DNA of 64,000 nt from Planctomycetota bacterium (GTDB taxonomy: Bacteria > Planctomycetota > UBA1135 > JACQFD01). The notes under the pieces are model-generated. The model made no database searches. It was given only the letters and a program-made list of their open reading frames with translations, and was not told where the DNA came from. The stretch is taken from the NCBI GenBank assembly GCA_016200225.1, contig JACQFD010000025.1, positions 23,184-87,183 of the forward strand, read 5' to 3'. The position numbers and the translations under genes are program-made. The first letter of the stretch is position 1; each line of letters starts with the position of its first letter. This document shows positions 35,184 through 44,298 of the stretch, piece by piece.

Positions 35184-38048
35184 TCAATTTCCGCCGGGCG
35201 CGTCCTGAATCTCAAAACGGACGCCTTGCGATCCCGCAATTCCCGCCGGATTACAGGAATTGAGCGTGATCACCATGGCCGAGTAGAAGGAAGCGACCAA
35301 ATTCGGATTGTTAGGAATTGGAATCGCCGCCCAGCCGAATCCGAGGTCGTCGGCATACATGTCAAGGGCGAAGACTTCCGCGGCCGCGACGTCGACCCAC
35401 AGCGTGACGCCCATGATGTCCGGGCCCGGTTCGAGGCCGTCGCCGCTCGCCGCGATCAGTAACGATAGACCGTTCGGCGCGATTCCGGTGCATGTGAATG
35501 CAAAATTCGCATTGGCAATATAAGGATCGGAATTGGAACTGATATGAATATTCCCGGCGCATGGGGGCGTCGCGTGGCCGAAATTCTCGAGCACCGTGGA
35601 GCTCGTCTCCTCGGCATCGGGAATCCCGTTCATATTGTGATCGATGCCCATGCGCTGGCCGGATCCTTTCGGCACGCCCATCATCGTTAGCGTTCCGCCG
35701 GCCTGCACTTTTGTAACAAGTTGCGACCATGAGAACGGGCCGTAACCGCCTTTGTCCGTCTGAAAATTTCCGAACATGGGAACGTAAAGGAGGCCGTGCA
35801 ATTGTCCGTCGATCTTACCTTTCGCGATTACGTCGATCTCGCCCGCGTTCGCGCGCGAAAGTAACATGTTCACATCATTAGTAATCGAAGAAGTTGTTAC
35901 GTTTGTCGATTTCGCGGTTCGCGAATATCCCGCGGCGGGCGGAGTATTCGTATCGATGCACATCATGAACGATGCGAGATCGCGTTTCGCGATCGTGTCC
36001 GTCGCCATCGCCCCGAACGTGGACGGATTGCCAAGGAACGCCTCCATCGTCGCAAATGTCCCGTCGTGCGCGAATCCGAATCCGGAGAGCGACGTCGCGC
36101 CGGGCGTATTATCAAAATTCATTTTCTGATACGACGTGCGAAGCTGGGGGACTTTCAATCCTTGCGGCTGGCTGAGAACTGTTAGATTAACGATCTTGCT
36201 TCCGGTGCCGAGCGGAAGGTGGTGGCAGTTGTTACATGTGCCGATCGTCGGCACGGTCGAATTCTTAAAGATATTCTTCCCATTATTCGGATCGCCGCCG
36301 TTGATCGTCGCGGGGAGCGATCGGTCGAGATTTAAATTCGGATTTGGCTCGAAATCGCACGTCATGATGAAATCGGTGAACGCCTGCATGTTCGCCGCCG
36401 ACAACTGCGTTCCGCCCATCAGATTTTGAAATGCAATATTAAACGCGTTGAAGTCCGCGCGGTCGCCGCGCCAATGAAGCGGATTCGATCCCTGCGACAG
36501 TCCGCGAAGCGTTTGTGTAAACATGGGGCCCTTCATCGGATGCATCTTAATGATGCCGTAGGTATTCGACGGGTCCGGAATATCTATTTCCGGACCGCTC
36601 GGATCGCCGAGATCCCAATCTTCATGATCGGATTCCGCGTCGATGTGGCACGACGCGCATGACATCGTGCCGTTGCCGGATAACTTCGCATCGTATAAGA
36701 ATCCCCGGCCATTCTTGATCGCGGCGGGCGTCGGATCGAAGGACCCGATCGCGAATTCGAGGCCCGTTGTGTCGTTGGCGGTATTAATAATCGAAACTGT
36801 ATTTGTAATTCGATTTAATACATACAATCGACCGGCCGTCGGATGCATAGCGAGTCCGCGCGGGCCGCGCTTCGCGGCCGAATTTACCGTTGTCCCCGGG
36901 GTGACGCCGATTTCGATGCGCGACAGAATCGCGCCCGTCGCCGGATCCATCTTCGCGACGCGATCGGTGCCGAACGATGCAACATACATATACGTTCCGG
37001 TCGCGGGCGTGAATGCGACGTCGGTCGGCTGCGCGAGCGCGTTCGACTTGGCGGTCGGATTATTGGGATTTGTATAATCGATTCCGGGGTTGAGATCGAA
37101 TTTCGCGACGGCTCCGCTCGTAATGGTAATCTTCGAAACCTGATTGTCGACGGCGTGTCCGCGCAGGTTCGGCTCGAAACGTATGACGTTGCGCGAGTCC
37201 GTGTTGGGAATATATAAATCTCCAGTTCCCGGACGCACCGAAACATTAAAATTAGTCGTTCCGACGCCCGTGAAATAGCGCGAAACCGTGTTCGTGGCGG
37301 TCGAAATTTCCGCGACGTCGTTGTCCGAAACCGTGTACGGAATCGAACCGGTCCACGCGGGATCCGTCGAACTGACGATGAGCGCCGTCTTGGGCGCCGC
37401 GCTAATATTAGGATTGGTCGGCGGCGGCGGCGCGGGCGCGAGGCTCGCGGGAATAATTGTTGTTTTATTGCCGGACATCGTGACGGCCGCGTACACGTGC
37501 AAACCATCGGCCGCGGCCGCCAGTCCGCGAGGTTGAACGCCAAGAATCGAAATTGTAGTGACAAGCGCGTGCGATGCGACGTCGTAGACGCGCACTTCGC
37601 GGCTGGCGGCGACGCTTACATACGCCCGCACGGGCGAGCCGGCAAACACGACGTCACAGGGCTCGTCTTTACAATTAATCGTGTCGGTCACGATTCCCGA
37701 GGCGATTGAAACGATGCTAATGCTATCCGACGCGTGGTTGACGACCCAGAGTTCGTCGGTGGTGCGCGGCCGCACGGAAACCGGCTCCATGCCGACCGGA
37801 ATTTCACTTAATAAAACGGGATTCGACGCCGTTGTTGTATCAAATATCGAAAGGCGAGAATCCGGCGTGTTTACAACAAATAACTTCTTGCCGTCCGCCG
37901 AGACCGCGATCGGATGAATCTGCGGCGATTCGAAATTGAGAAACGTTCCGATATTCGTCGACGTGTCTTCGTCCTGACAATACGCCGCGGTCGACAAGGT
38001 CAGGGGCGCGGCAATACAAAGGATTTTTGATAAGAAGCGCATCGTCAT
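35184..38048 (-). CDS. YncE/YVTN beta-propeller plus di-heme cytochrome c peroxidase-like protein with conserved C-terminal domain
   Basis: Signal peptide from ATG 38048; NFESPQIHPI and propeller repeats; LSGNGTMSCASCH, HWRGDR, CNNCH and KVPQLR; shared C-terminal domain. Confidence 0.82.
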   Translation of the reverse strand: MTMRFLSKILCIAAPLTLSTAAYCQDEDTSTNIGTFLNFESPQIHPIAVSADGKKLFVVNTPDSRLSIFDTTTASNPVLLSEIPVGMEPVSVRPRTTDELWVVNHASDSISIVSIASGIVTDTINCKDEPCDVVFAGSPVRAYVSVAASREVRVYDVASHALVTTISILGVQPRGLAAAADGLHVYAAVTMSGNKTTIIPASLAPAPPPPTNPNISAAPKTALIVSSTDPAWTGSIPYTVSDNDVAEISTATNTVSRYFTGVGTTNFNVSVRPGTGDLYIPNTDSRNVIRFEPNLRGHAVDNQVSKITITSGAVAKFDLNPGIDYTNPNNPTAKSNALAQPTDVAFTPATGTYMYVASFGTDRVAKMDPATGAILSRIEIGVTPGTTVNSAAKRGPRGLAMHPTAGRLYVLNRITNTVSIINTANDTTGLEFAIGSFDPTPAAIKNGRGFLYDAKLSGNGTMSCASCHIDAESDHEDWDLGDPSGPEIDIPDPSNTYGIIKMHPMKGPMFTQTLRGLSQGSNPLHWRGDRADFNAFNIAFQNLMGGTQLSAANMQAFTDFIMTCDFEPNPNLNLDRSLPATINGGDPNNGKNIFKNSTVPTIGTCNNCHHLPLGTGSKIVNLTVLSQPQGLKVPQLRTSYQKMNFDNTPGATSLSGFGFAHDGTFATMEAFLGNPSTFGAMATDTIAKRDLASFMMCIDTNTPPAAGYSRTAKSTNVTTSSITNDVNMLLSRANAGEIDVIAKGKIDGQLHGLLYVPMFGNFQTDKGGYGPFSWSQLVTKVQAGGTLTMMGVPKGSGQRMGIDHNMNGIPDAEETSSTVLENFGHATPPCAGNIHISSNSDPYIANANFAFTCTGIAPNGLSLLIAASGDGLEPGPDIMGVTLWVDVAAAEVFALDMYADDLGFGWAAIPIPNNPNLVASFYSAMVITLNSCNPAGIAGSQGVRFEIQDAPGGN

Positions 38049-38079
38049 AATTTGGGTAAAAAGAGGATTTATTTGTAAG

Positions 38080-39918
38080 TTATAATTGCACGTCGGCGGC
38101 GACGGTCGCCGCTTTCTCCGCCGTGAATTGTATATGTACTTTTCCGCTGCCGCGGACGATCCAGCGCGCGGTGACGCGGCCGAACGATGGAATTCCGTCA
38201 TTTAATAATAATCGTCCGGGCTCGTGTTCGGCGAGACGCACTTCAGTTTTCTTGAAACGATCCGTGCCGATGCCGCCCGCGACCACTTCGACGCCGCTTC
38301 CCGAAATTGTTAATAAATCGGGCTCGCCCATTTCCTTGTTTGCCGCGATCGCGGATCGCGTCGGCATGCGATGCTTGTTTTTAACGGTAAAATTCACCGC
38401 GTGCAGTCCGTCGCCGAGTTTTTCGACGGACGTTTCTTCGACGACGACCTCCGGAAGCTGTTCGGCTTGATACAAAACGAAAATCGCGTTTCGATGTAAC
38501 ATTTCCTCGATCATGAATCCGGGCGGAACGCGGCCTGTCATTTTCCGGAACCCGCCGAGTTCGATTTCGCCATATTGCGGATGATTCACTTTGTGCCAAT
38601 TTACAAATGTGCCGCCGGCCATCACCAATTCGTCGAATGTAAGATCGTCCTGCGTCGTCGAATCGTCGGCGGCCGGAGCGCGCCTCGGCGGCGTCGACGG
38701 TGGCGCGCCGGCGGCGGCGCCGCCGAACGCGGGTCCGCGCCGCGCCTCGTTATTTTGATATAACTGATCGTCGCTCCACATTTCATTTGTGATCGCGTAT
38801 GCGCCGAGGCCCTCGTAGCCCCAGTTTACGAATCCGCCGTGAACTGTATATAAATCGCGGTGGATGATCATATAACGATAAAACGGGAGCATCTTTTCGC
38901 CGTTCAATCCGAGATCGTCGAACACCGAAATATCCGCGCGCGGATATTCGGGAACGTAGGCGGCTCCGGGACCGCGGAGTATCATGCCGCCGTTATTATG
39001 AAACGACTGGAATGCATGAATATTCGGGTGCCCCAATACAAAATTAGCGATGTTGCGCGGCTCCTCGTAGGAGAGCGGATAATCGCCCGCGCCAAATTGT
39101 ATATAATTCGGCTGCCAGTCGGACGGCCAGTTGCGATTTAAATCATAACCGCCCGGTCCGTCTTCGTTAATATCGCCGTCGCCGTCGTTATCGATGCCCT
39201 CCTGGCCGAGCATGACGTAATCCCCCGTTTTCGGAGGCGCGACGCGGATCATTCTGCGCGCATCGTCGGGATCGACGCGGTAATCGCCCTTGCCCGGGAC
39301 GTATTTCCGCATCGTTAACAATTCGCCGTCGCCGTCGATGTCGTCGGGGCCGTCCTCGTCAAAAAAGCCGTCGTGGTCGTTGTCGGTCGGCCGCTTGCCG
39401 CTGCGCGAAGACGACGGCGTGTTTGGCGCATGAAACCAATAATCGCGTCCGTCGGGATTCTGGCTCGGTAATATATAAAATACAGTTCGATCGACCGTCT
39501 CCTTGACAGACGGATTGTTATTGTAATTTTCGGTCAGATACCACGCGAGATAAACGCAGGCCTCGCCTCCCTGCACTTCGTTGCCGTGCACGTTGCCGTC
39601 GACCCACGTCGCGGGTTTTTCCTGCTCTTTTCCGGTCGCCGGGTTTTGTATCGTCATCACCCACATGTCGCGGCCTTCATAAGTCTTTCCGATCGATTGA
39701 ATACTACATAAATCCGGATGCGCGACCGCGACCTTTTTTAATAATTCGCTCAATTCTTCATAATCGTAAAACCGGTTCCACGCGATTTCGACTTTGTGCG
39801 CGTTCGCGGACGGCGCGCGGCCCTGCGTTTGCGCCGCGACGACAATCGAAGGCGTGCGGACGGCGCCCGCGCACGACGCGAGCAGCGCGAAAACGGCGGA
39901 AATGTAAAATTTATTCAT
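38080..39918 (-). CDS. M14 family zinc metallopeptidase, lipoprotein
   Basis: Lipobox LASC; HGNE, NPDGR, DLNRNW and SFHNNG zinc/catalytic motifs; DxDGDG repeats. Confidence 0.88.
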   Translation of the reverse strand: MNKFYISAVFALLASCAGAVRTPSIVVAAQTQGRAPSANAHKVEIAWNRFYDYEELSELLKKVAVAHPDLCSIQSIGKTYEGRDMWVMTIQNPATGKEQEKPATWVDGNVHGNEVQGGEACVYLAWYLTENYNNNPSVKETVDRTVFYILPSQNPDGRDYWFHAPNTPSSSRSGKRPTDNDHDGFFDEDGPDDIDGDGELLTMRKYVPGKGDYRVDPDDARRMIRVAPPKTGDYVMLGQEGIDNDGDGDINEDGPGGYDLNRNWPSDWQPNYIQFGAGDYPLSYEEPRNIANFVLGHPNIHAFQSFHNNGGMILRGPGAAYVPEYPRADISVFDDLGLNGEKMLPFYRYMIIHRDLYTVHGGFVNWGYEGLGAYAITNEMWSDDQLYQNNEARRGPAFGGAAAGAPPSTPPRRAPAADDSTTQDDLTFDELVMAGGTFVNWHKVNHPQYGEIELGGFRKMTGRVPPGFMIEEMLHRNAIFVLYQAEQLPEVVVEETSVEKLGDGLHAVNFTVKNKHRMPTRSAIAANKEMGEPDLLTISGSGVEVVAGGIGTDRFKKTEVRLAEHEPGRLLLNDGIPSFGRVTARWIVRGSGKVHIQFTAEKAATVAADVQL

Positions 39919-41711
39919 TGAATTTCTCCCGTGAAAACGGAGTCGGGTCCGAAAGGATAGTTAACTTCCAATTTTACTTTCGATCCGGGTTTGCCCTGCA
40001 CGACCCACGTCCATTCGACGGGCGCGTCCTGCGGATCGAGATTACTAACCAAATATTGCGGCCGTCCGGCGACGATTTGTCCGCCATCGACGGTGAGGCG
40101 CACGCGAACGGGGCGCGTCGTGCCGGCGCGCCGCGCCATCGCGGAGAGCGCGGGGGCTTTTCCATCATTACGAATGGACGCCTTGAACGTCGCGAGGCCG
40201 TTTTTATTTTCTGTAAATTTCGCGGAAGCGATAACCACTTTTGGATAACACTCCGGAGCAATCGCTAACAAAAAATCCGTGTGCTTTTTTGTTATTTCGG
40301 CGAGATCGCCCGCCGGAGGATTGAACAGAACGCCGGGTTTCCAACCGCCGATCTCGGCGCCGATCGCTTTCAATTCCGGATTTTCGGCGGCTTTCCATTG
40401 TACAAATCCGTCGCCGTTCAATGTTTTATCGTTCCATTCGAGGCGCGCGCGCTCCGACTTCGAGCGGTCCTCGTCCTCGGGTTTATCTGTTGTCGTTTCG
40501 CGTCGCGGGCCGCGCGTCGGACGGCTCTGGGATTCGCCTTCGCCGGACGGCTTCGAAGCAGGTCCGCTCGCCGCGCGGGTTCCCGAAGGAGGCGTCCACA
40601 CGCGGACGGCGAACGCCGGGAGCCCGCGATGAAAATACGCCCATTGGTGAATCGCGCCGTCGGAGGGCACGTCTTCGACGTCGCCCTCCGCGCCGACTTT
40701 TTCTTTATATATTTTCGCGGCGCGTTCATAAAGACTGCCGTCATCCTTAAGAATCGACGTCGGCGCGGCGCCGCCGCCTCCTCCCGCGCGTCCGCCCCGC
40801 CCGCCGCGACCGCCGCCGCCCGCGGCCGGCGCGGGCGTATCTGTTGCATCGTCCGCCGGCCCCGCCTCGGTTTTTGGAGCTTTGCGAACATTATCATGCA
40901 GTCCGTAAACGACGACCGCGGCGATATTCGTATGATTTAACAAAAAATCCGCGAGCGCGCGCGACTCGGGTTCCGAAACGGCGCTCGATCCCGTCGCGCG
41001 GTCGAATTCCTTCCATTGATAAGGAAAATTGCGGTCGATGCGCACGCCGCCGACGCCATCTTCGTTCCATTTGCCGTCGTGATCGTCGTCGACGCCCTCG
41101 GCGACGAGTTTGTGCGTTCCGCGCTCGCCCTTGGCCGAATCCGCCTTTCTAACAATTCGCGGATCCTTGGCATCGATGACGTATTCGCCCTTCGGATCCG
41201 GAAATCGCATCATTGTAATCCAGCCGTCGCCGTTGGCGTCGTCGGGCGGGTCTTCGTCGGTGCGGCGGTCGCGGTCGTCGTCGACGGGGCGCGCGTTCGC
41301 CGGATGCTCCATTTTGGGATTCGCGAACATGAATTTCGCGCCCTCGGGATTGAGCAACGGAATCATATAAAAACAATGTTCTTTTAACAATTGAGCGACG
41401 GCCGGATCCGCGTCGGCGCGCTCGAGAATTTGTGTAACATTCGCGAGCGCCGCCTCCACGCCGACTTGATGCGCGCCGTTGGCGCCGCCGAGAACGAGAA
41501 CGGCCGATTTCTGACGTTCGTCGCCTTCTGTTAGCGTGACGCACCAGATCGAATCGCCGGCCAGCGTTTTGCCGATCGAATCGATTTTGGCGCGATTGCC
41601 GTGCTTTGCGACGGCGTCGCGCAGCGTCTGTTCCACGGCGGCCGGATTATGATAATTCGCGCCGCCCGACTGGAGCGCGAACAACGCTATTGATAGAAGG
41701 GGTGCTGGCAT
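39915..41711 (-). CDS. M14 peptidase-like paralog with degenerate zinc site
   Basis: Same fold motifs (IGKT, NPEG, IDRNFP, SEPES), but HxxE is replaced by NGAH. Overlaps the downstream paralog by 4 nt. Confidence 0.8.
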   Translation of the reverse strand: MPAPLLSIALFALQSGGANYHNPAAVEQTLRDAVAKHGNRAKIDSIGKTLAGDSIWCVTLTEGDERQKSAVLVLGGANGAHQVGVEAALANVTQILERADADPAVAQLLKEHCFYMIPLLNPEGAKFMFANPKMEHPANARPVDDDRDRRTDEDPPDDANGDGWITMMRFPDPKGEYVIDAKDPRIVRKADSAKGERGTHKLVAEGVDDDHDGKWNEDGVGGVRIDRNFPYQWKEFDRATGSSAVSEPESRALADFLLNHTNIAAVVVYGLHDNVRKAPKTEAGPADDATDTPAPAAGGGGRGGRGGRAGGGGGAAPTSILKDDGSLYERAAKIYKEKVGAEGDVEDVPSDGAIHQWAYFHRGLPAFAVRVWTPPSGTRAASGPASKPSGEGESQSRPTRGPRRETTTDKPEDEDRSKSERARLEWNDKTLNGDGFVQWKAAENPELKAIGAEIGGWKPGVLFNPPAGDLAEITKKHTDFLLAIAPECYPKVVIASAKFTENKNGLATFKASIRNDGKAPALSAMARRAGTTRPVRVRLTVDGGQIVAGRPQYLVSNLDPQDAPVEWTWVVQGKPGSKVKLEVNYPFGPDSVFTGEIQ

Positions 41712-41746
41712 ATTCGCAACGCTCAAGAGCGAAGGGGGGTGGGTTA

Positions 41747-41906
41747 ACCCGCATTATTCATGAATTCCACGAATCTAGCCGCGCGGATTGTACCGAACTG
41801 CATCGTTGCTCCTCCGGCGAGACCGTACACGGTCGCGCCGTCGTCGCGCCTTGCATTCCGGTACAATCCGTCGGCCATCTTCGTAGACTTCATGAATAAT
41901 GCGGGT
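41747..41906 (-). ncRNA. Candidate structured RNA (160-nt rod-like hairpin)
   Basis: About 55-bp imperfect inverted repeat with an 18-bp perfect outer stem. Transition mismatches are G.U on the minus strand, and a TACAAT -10 box lies at 41917-41922. Confidence 0.55.
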
Positions 41907-42100
41907 GACGGGCCGGATTGTACGCCCCCCGCGCACCAAGGGTTCCGCGGATTTCGCGCGCAAAAACGGGCAATACTAATGTTTTCCGCCTCGCGTCGCG
42001 GGTTGCGTGGACAAAGGACTTCAACGAGTTTAGAATTCCGCCGTTCGACAGTTTTTTTCGACGTTCGGGCACCGAACCCGAGCGCGTTCGAGGTTGATCC

Positions 42101-42613
42101 ATGAAGTTCTCCCTATTGAGTTTGGCCGGTCCCGCTCTGCTGTGCATTCCGGCGCTCTCCGTCCCCGCCGCGGCGCAAAGTAATGATCCGCCGCCGTGCG
42201 TCTTCTCCGGAATCACGACGCAGGATTTTGATTATAATCCCGACGATTACACGGCCGCGTTTGTCACGTGGGCCCCGGATATCTGCAGTATCCATTTGTC
42301 CATCGAAAAGATAAGTCCGTATTTTATCGGTAATTATTATCTCGTCCAACATTATTTGATGTATGGGACTTCGATTCTTGACGATCCGATCTTCGTCGAC
42401 TGGCCGTTCTACGGACATAATTTACTGATCATGCCCGACGACATTCTCGGCCCCTTCGACGGCGGTTCGTCGGACATAGCGCCGCCCAACGATCCGAATC
42501 TCGTCGGCCAGACGTTTTATTTACAAGCGATCGCGGTGTTCATTACAACCGTGCATTTCCCGATCGAGCCCGAGTACGTGCTCCAGCAGGGAATCGCGCT
42601 GACGTTTAATTAG
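42101..42613 (+). CDS. Small secreted hypothetical protein
   Basis: GAGG RBS, signal peptide ending AAA-Q, and C-terminal PNDPNLVGQTFYLQA. Confidence 0.7.
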   Translation: MKFSLLSLAGPALLCIPALSVPAAAQSNDPPPCVFSGITTQDFDYNPDDYTAAFVTWAPDICSIHLSIEKISPYFIGNYYLVQHYLMYGTSILDDPIFVDWPFYGHNLLIMPDDILGPFDGGSSDIAPPNDPNLVGQTFYLQAIAVFITTVHFPIEPEYVLQQGIALTFN

Positions 42614-42630
42614 TATTTGGACGTTGAATC

Positions 42631-43188
42631 TTAGTTGAACAATGCCGCGAGCGCTTCGACGCGCTCGCGCCAGAATCGCTTCATTTCGGCGGCGGCTTTC
42701 GCGTCCTTCAGTTTATTGTGTTGAACGGACATTTGGCATTTGTTATCTCCTTTCGCGAGAAATCCGACCTCGAGATTGGCGCCGCCCGGCCAGTCGATTC
42801 GTAAATATTTGCCGGCCGTTTCCGAGCGAACGGCAAAATTCAGTCGAAGCCAAGTCCGGCTTTTCTTTACGTCTGTCCAGAATTTAGAAACTTCCGCGAC
42901 AGGAGCGGGCAGCGTCTTGCTCACGCTGATCTGAAATCCTTTTTTCGTTTCATGGCGAATGCGGCGCCCGCGCGCCTGTTCGTAGCCGACGGTCACCATT
43001 TGCCGCCACCACGGCGGGAGTTGGTGGCGGGCTCCGAGGAAATCGGCAATTTCGCGGTGCGACATCTTCGCCGCGCCTGCTTTGTCGAGAATCCCGCACC
43101 ATTCGTTCCAGTTCTTATCTGTAGCGTTCCGGAGCGCCTCGTCGCCGACGCGCAGTTGAATGGTCGAATTTAATGTTTTGGTTTTCAT
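42631..43188 (-). CDS. DUF4287-like/SRPBCC-like hypothetical protein
   Basis: ATDKNWNEW..LD...WWRQMVTVGYEQARG and SVQHNKL..MKRFW. Confidence 0.75.
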   Translation of the reverse strand: MKTKTLNSTIQLRVGDEALRNATDKNWNEWCGILDKAGAAKMSHREIADFLGARHQLPPWWRQMVTVGYEQARGRRIRHETKKGFQISVSKTLPAPVAEVSKFWTDVKKSRTWLRLNFAVRSETAGKYLRIDWPGGANLEVGFLAKGDNKCQMSVQHNKLKDAKAAAEMKRFWRERVEALAALFN

Positions 43189-43201
43189 TTTTATTAATTA
43201 T

Positions 43202-43798
43202 CTACTTTCCGGCGTCGGTGTCGTAAGCGGTCTTGAGCCATTTCTTCACTTCGCCGTCGATTTCGTCAATGGTAGCGATCGGAATGCGATGGGTGATGCG
43301 GTCTTTCTTCTCATAACCGCCGGTCGAGACGAGCCGCCCCGCGTGTTTCATCGCGCCGAGCGCGAAACCAATGTCGACGCGCGTCCTTGTCGACGGTTTT
43401 ATTTGTGCAAATACATGATTGCGAAACAACGGAACGATCGTGGCGCACGGGCAGGCTTTGGCCTCCGCGCCGGCCGCGAGGCCCATTTTTAGTAATTTAT
43501 CAAAAATGGGAACCAACAGCGGTTTCGATTCGAACATTTTGGCCACGAGATCCTCGGGATCATACAAATTCGGATTGCAACTCCTTCCGGCCGCCTCTTC
43601 GACGATCCAACTCGCGTAATTTGTAGTAATTGCGTGTTCGCGGGCGAGCCATGCGCGCCGTTCGGCGTCCGTGGCGGGGCCTTTTTTCTTAAGAATCGCC
43701 ATCCAATCCTCGAGCGGCTTTCCAGTGCGCTCCTTGAGATTTCGAATCGACGAATCCCACATTTTGTAGGAAGGATGCAAACTATAGATGGATTTCAT
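43202..43798 (-). CDS. DUF4287/DUF5655 domain protein
   Basis: NLKERTGKPLEDW, VFAQIKP.TRTRVDIG and RITHRI..EIDGEVKKWL.AYD. Confidence 0.8.
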   Translation of the reverse strand: MKSIYSLHPSYKMWDSSIRNLKERTGKPLEDWMAILKKKGPATDAERRAWLAREHAITTNYASWIVEEAAGRSCNPNLYDPEDLVAKMFESKPLLVPIFDKLLKMGLAAGAEAKACPCATIVPLFRNHVFAQIKPSTRTRVDIGFALGAMKHAGRLVSTGGYEKKDRITHRIPIATIDEIDGEVKKWLKTAYDTDAGK

Positions 43799-44298
43799 TT
43801 ATGAGTTCCTCGGTTTTGCGATCGATTGGGATCCGCGCGAATTTCCCGGCCATCGTGCGCGAATGCCACGCGGTCGCGATCGCTTATGTGGGTCCATAAG
43901 AAACAAAACTGCACGCGAACATGACAAAGGATGAATCCCGACGGCGCAAGATGTGAGATCCGGCGCCTGGACGCTTGACGAATTTCGGAAATTGGCGCGC
44001 TCAAATCTCCCGCAACGTATGATAATCCTCAAGCATCAAAAGTGCCCGCACCCCCTGATTTGCGAAACACCCTATCGTTCGGCGGACCTCCGACGCACCC
44101 TTCTTCGGAGATCGACAGCCACATTTCGGGATGGGAGCGGCTTTTGTTGTTCGGAAGCGGTATGGCAAGGCTTCAGCCAACCAACTCCAGTCAAGTTTAC
44201 TCGGTGACATTGGCATCCATGCCCAAGGGCCGTGTACGCTTTTTCCACTCAATCAACTTCGAATTCGTAGCCAAATCCCAGTTATCTGTAGACGCAAA

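Noticed and set aside
41803-41851. SRP RNA or canonical 6S identity for the long hairpin
   Set aside because: It lacks the CAGG/GNRA SRP core, and the apical stem seems too short for canonical 6S. Kept as an unassigned candidate.
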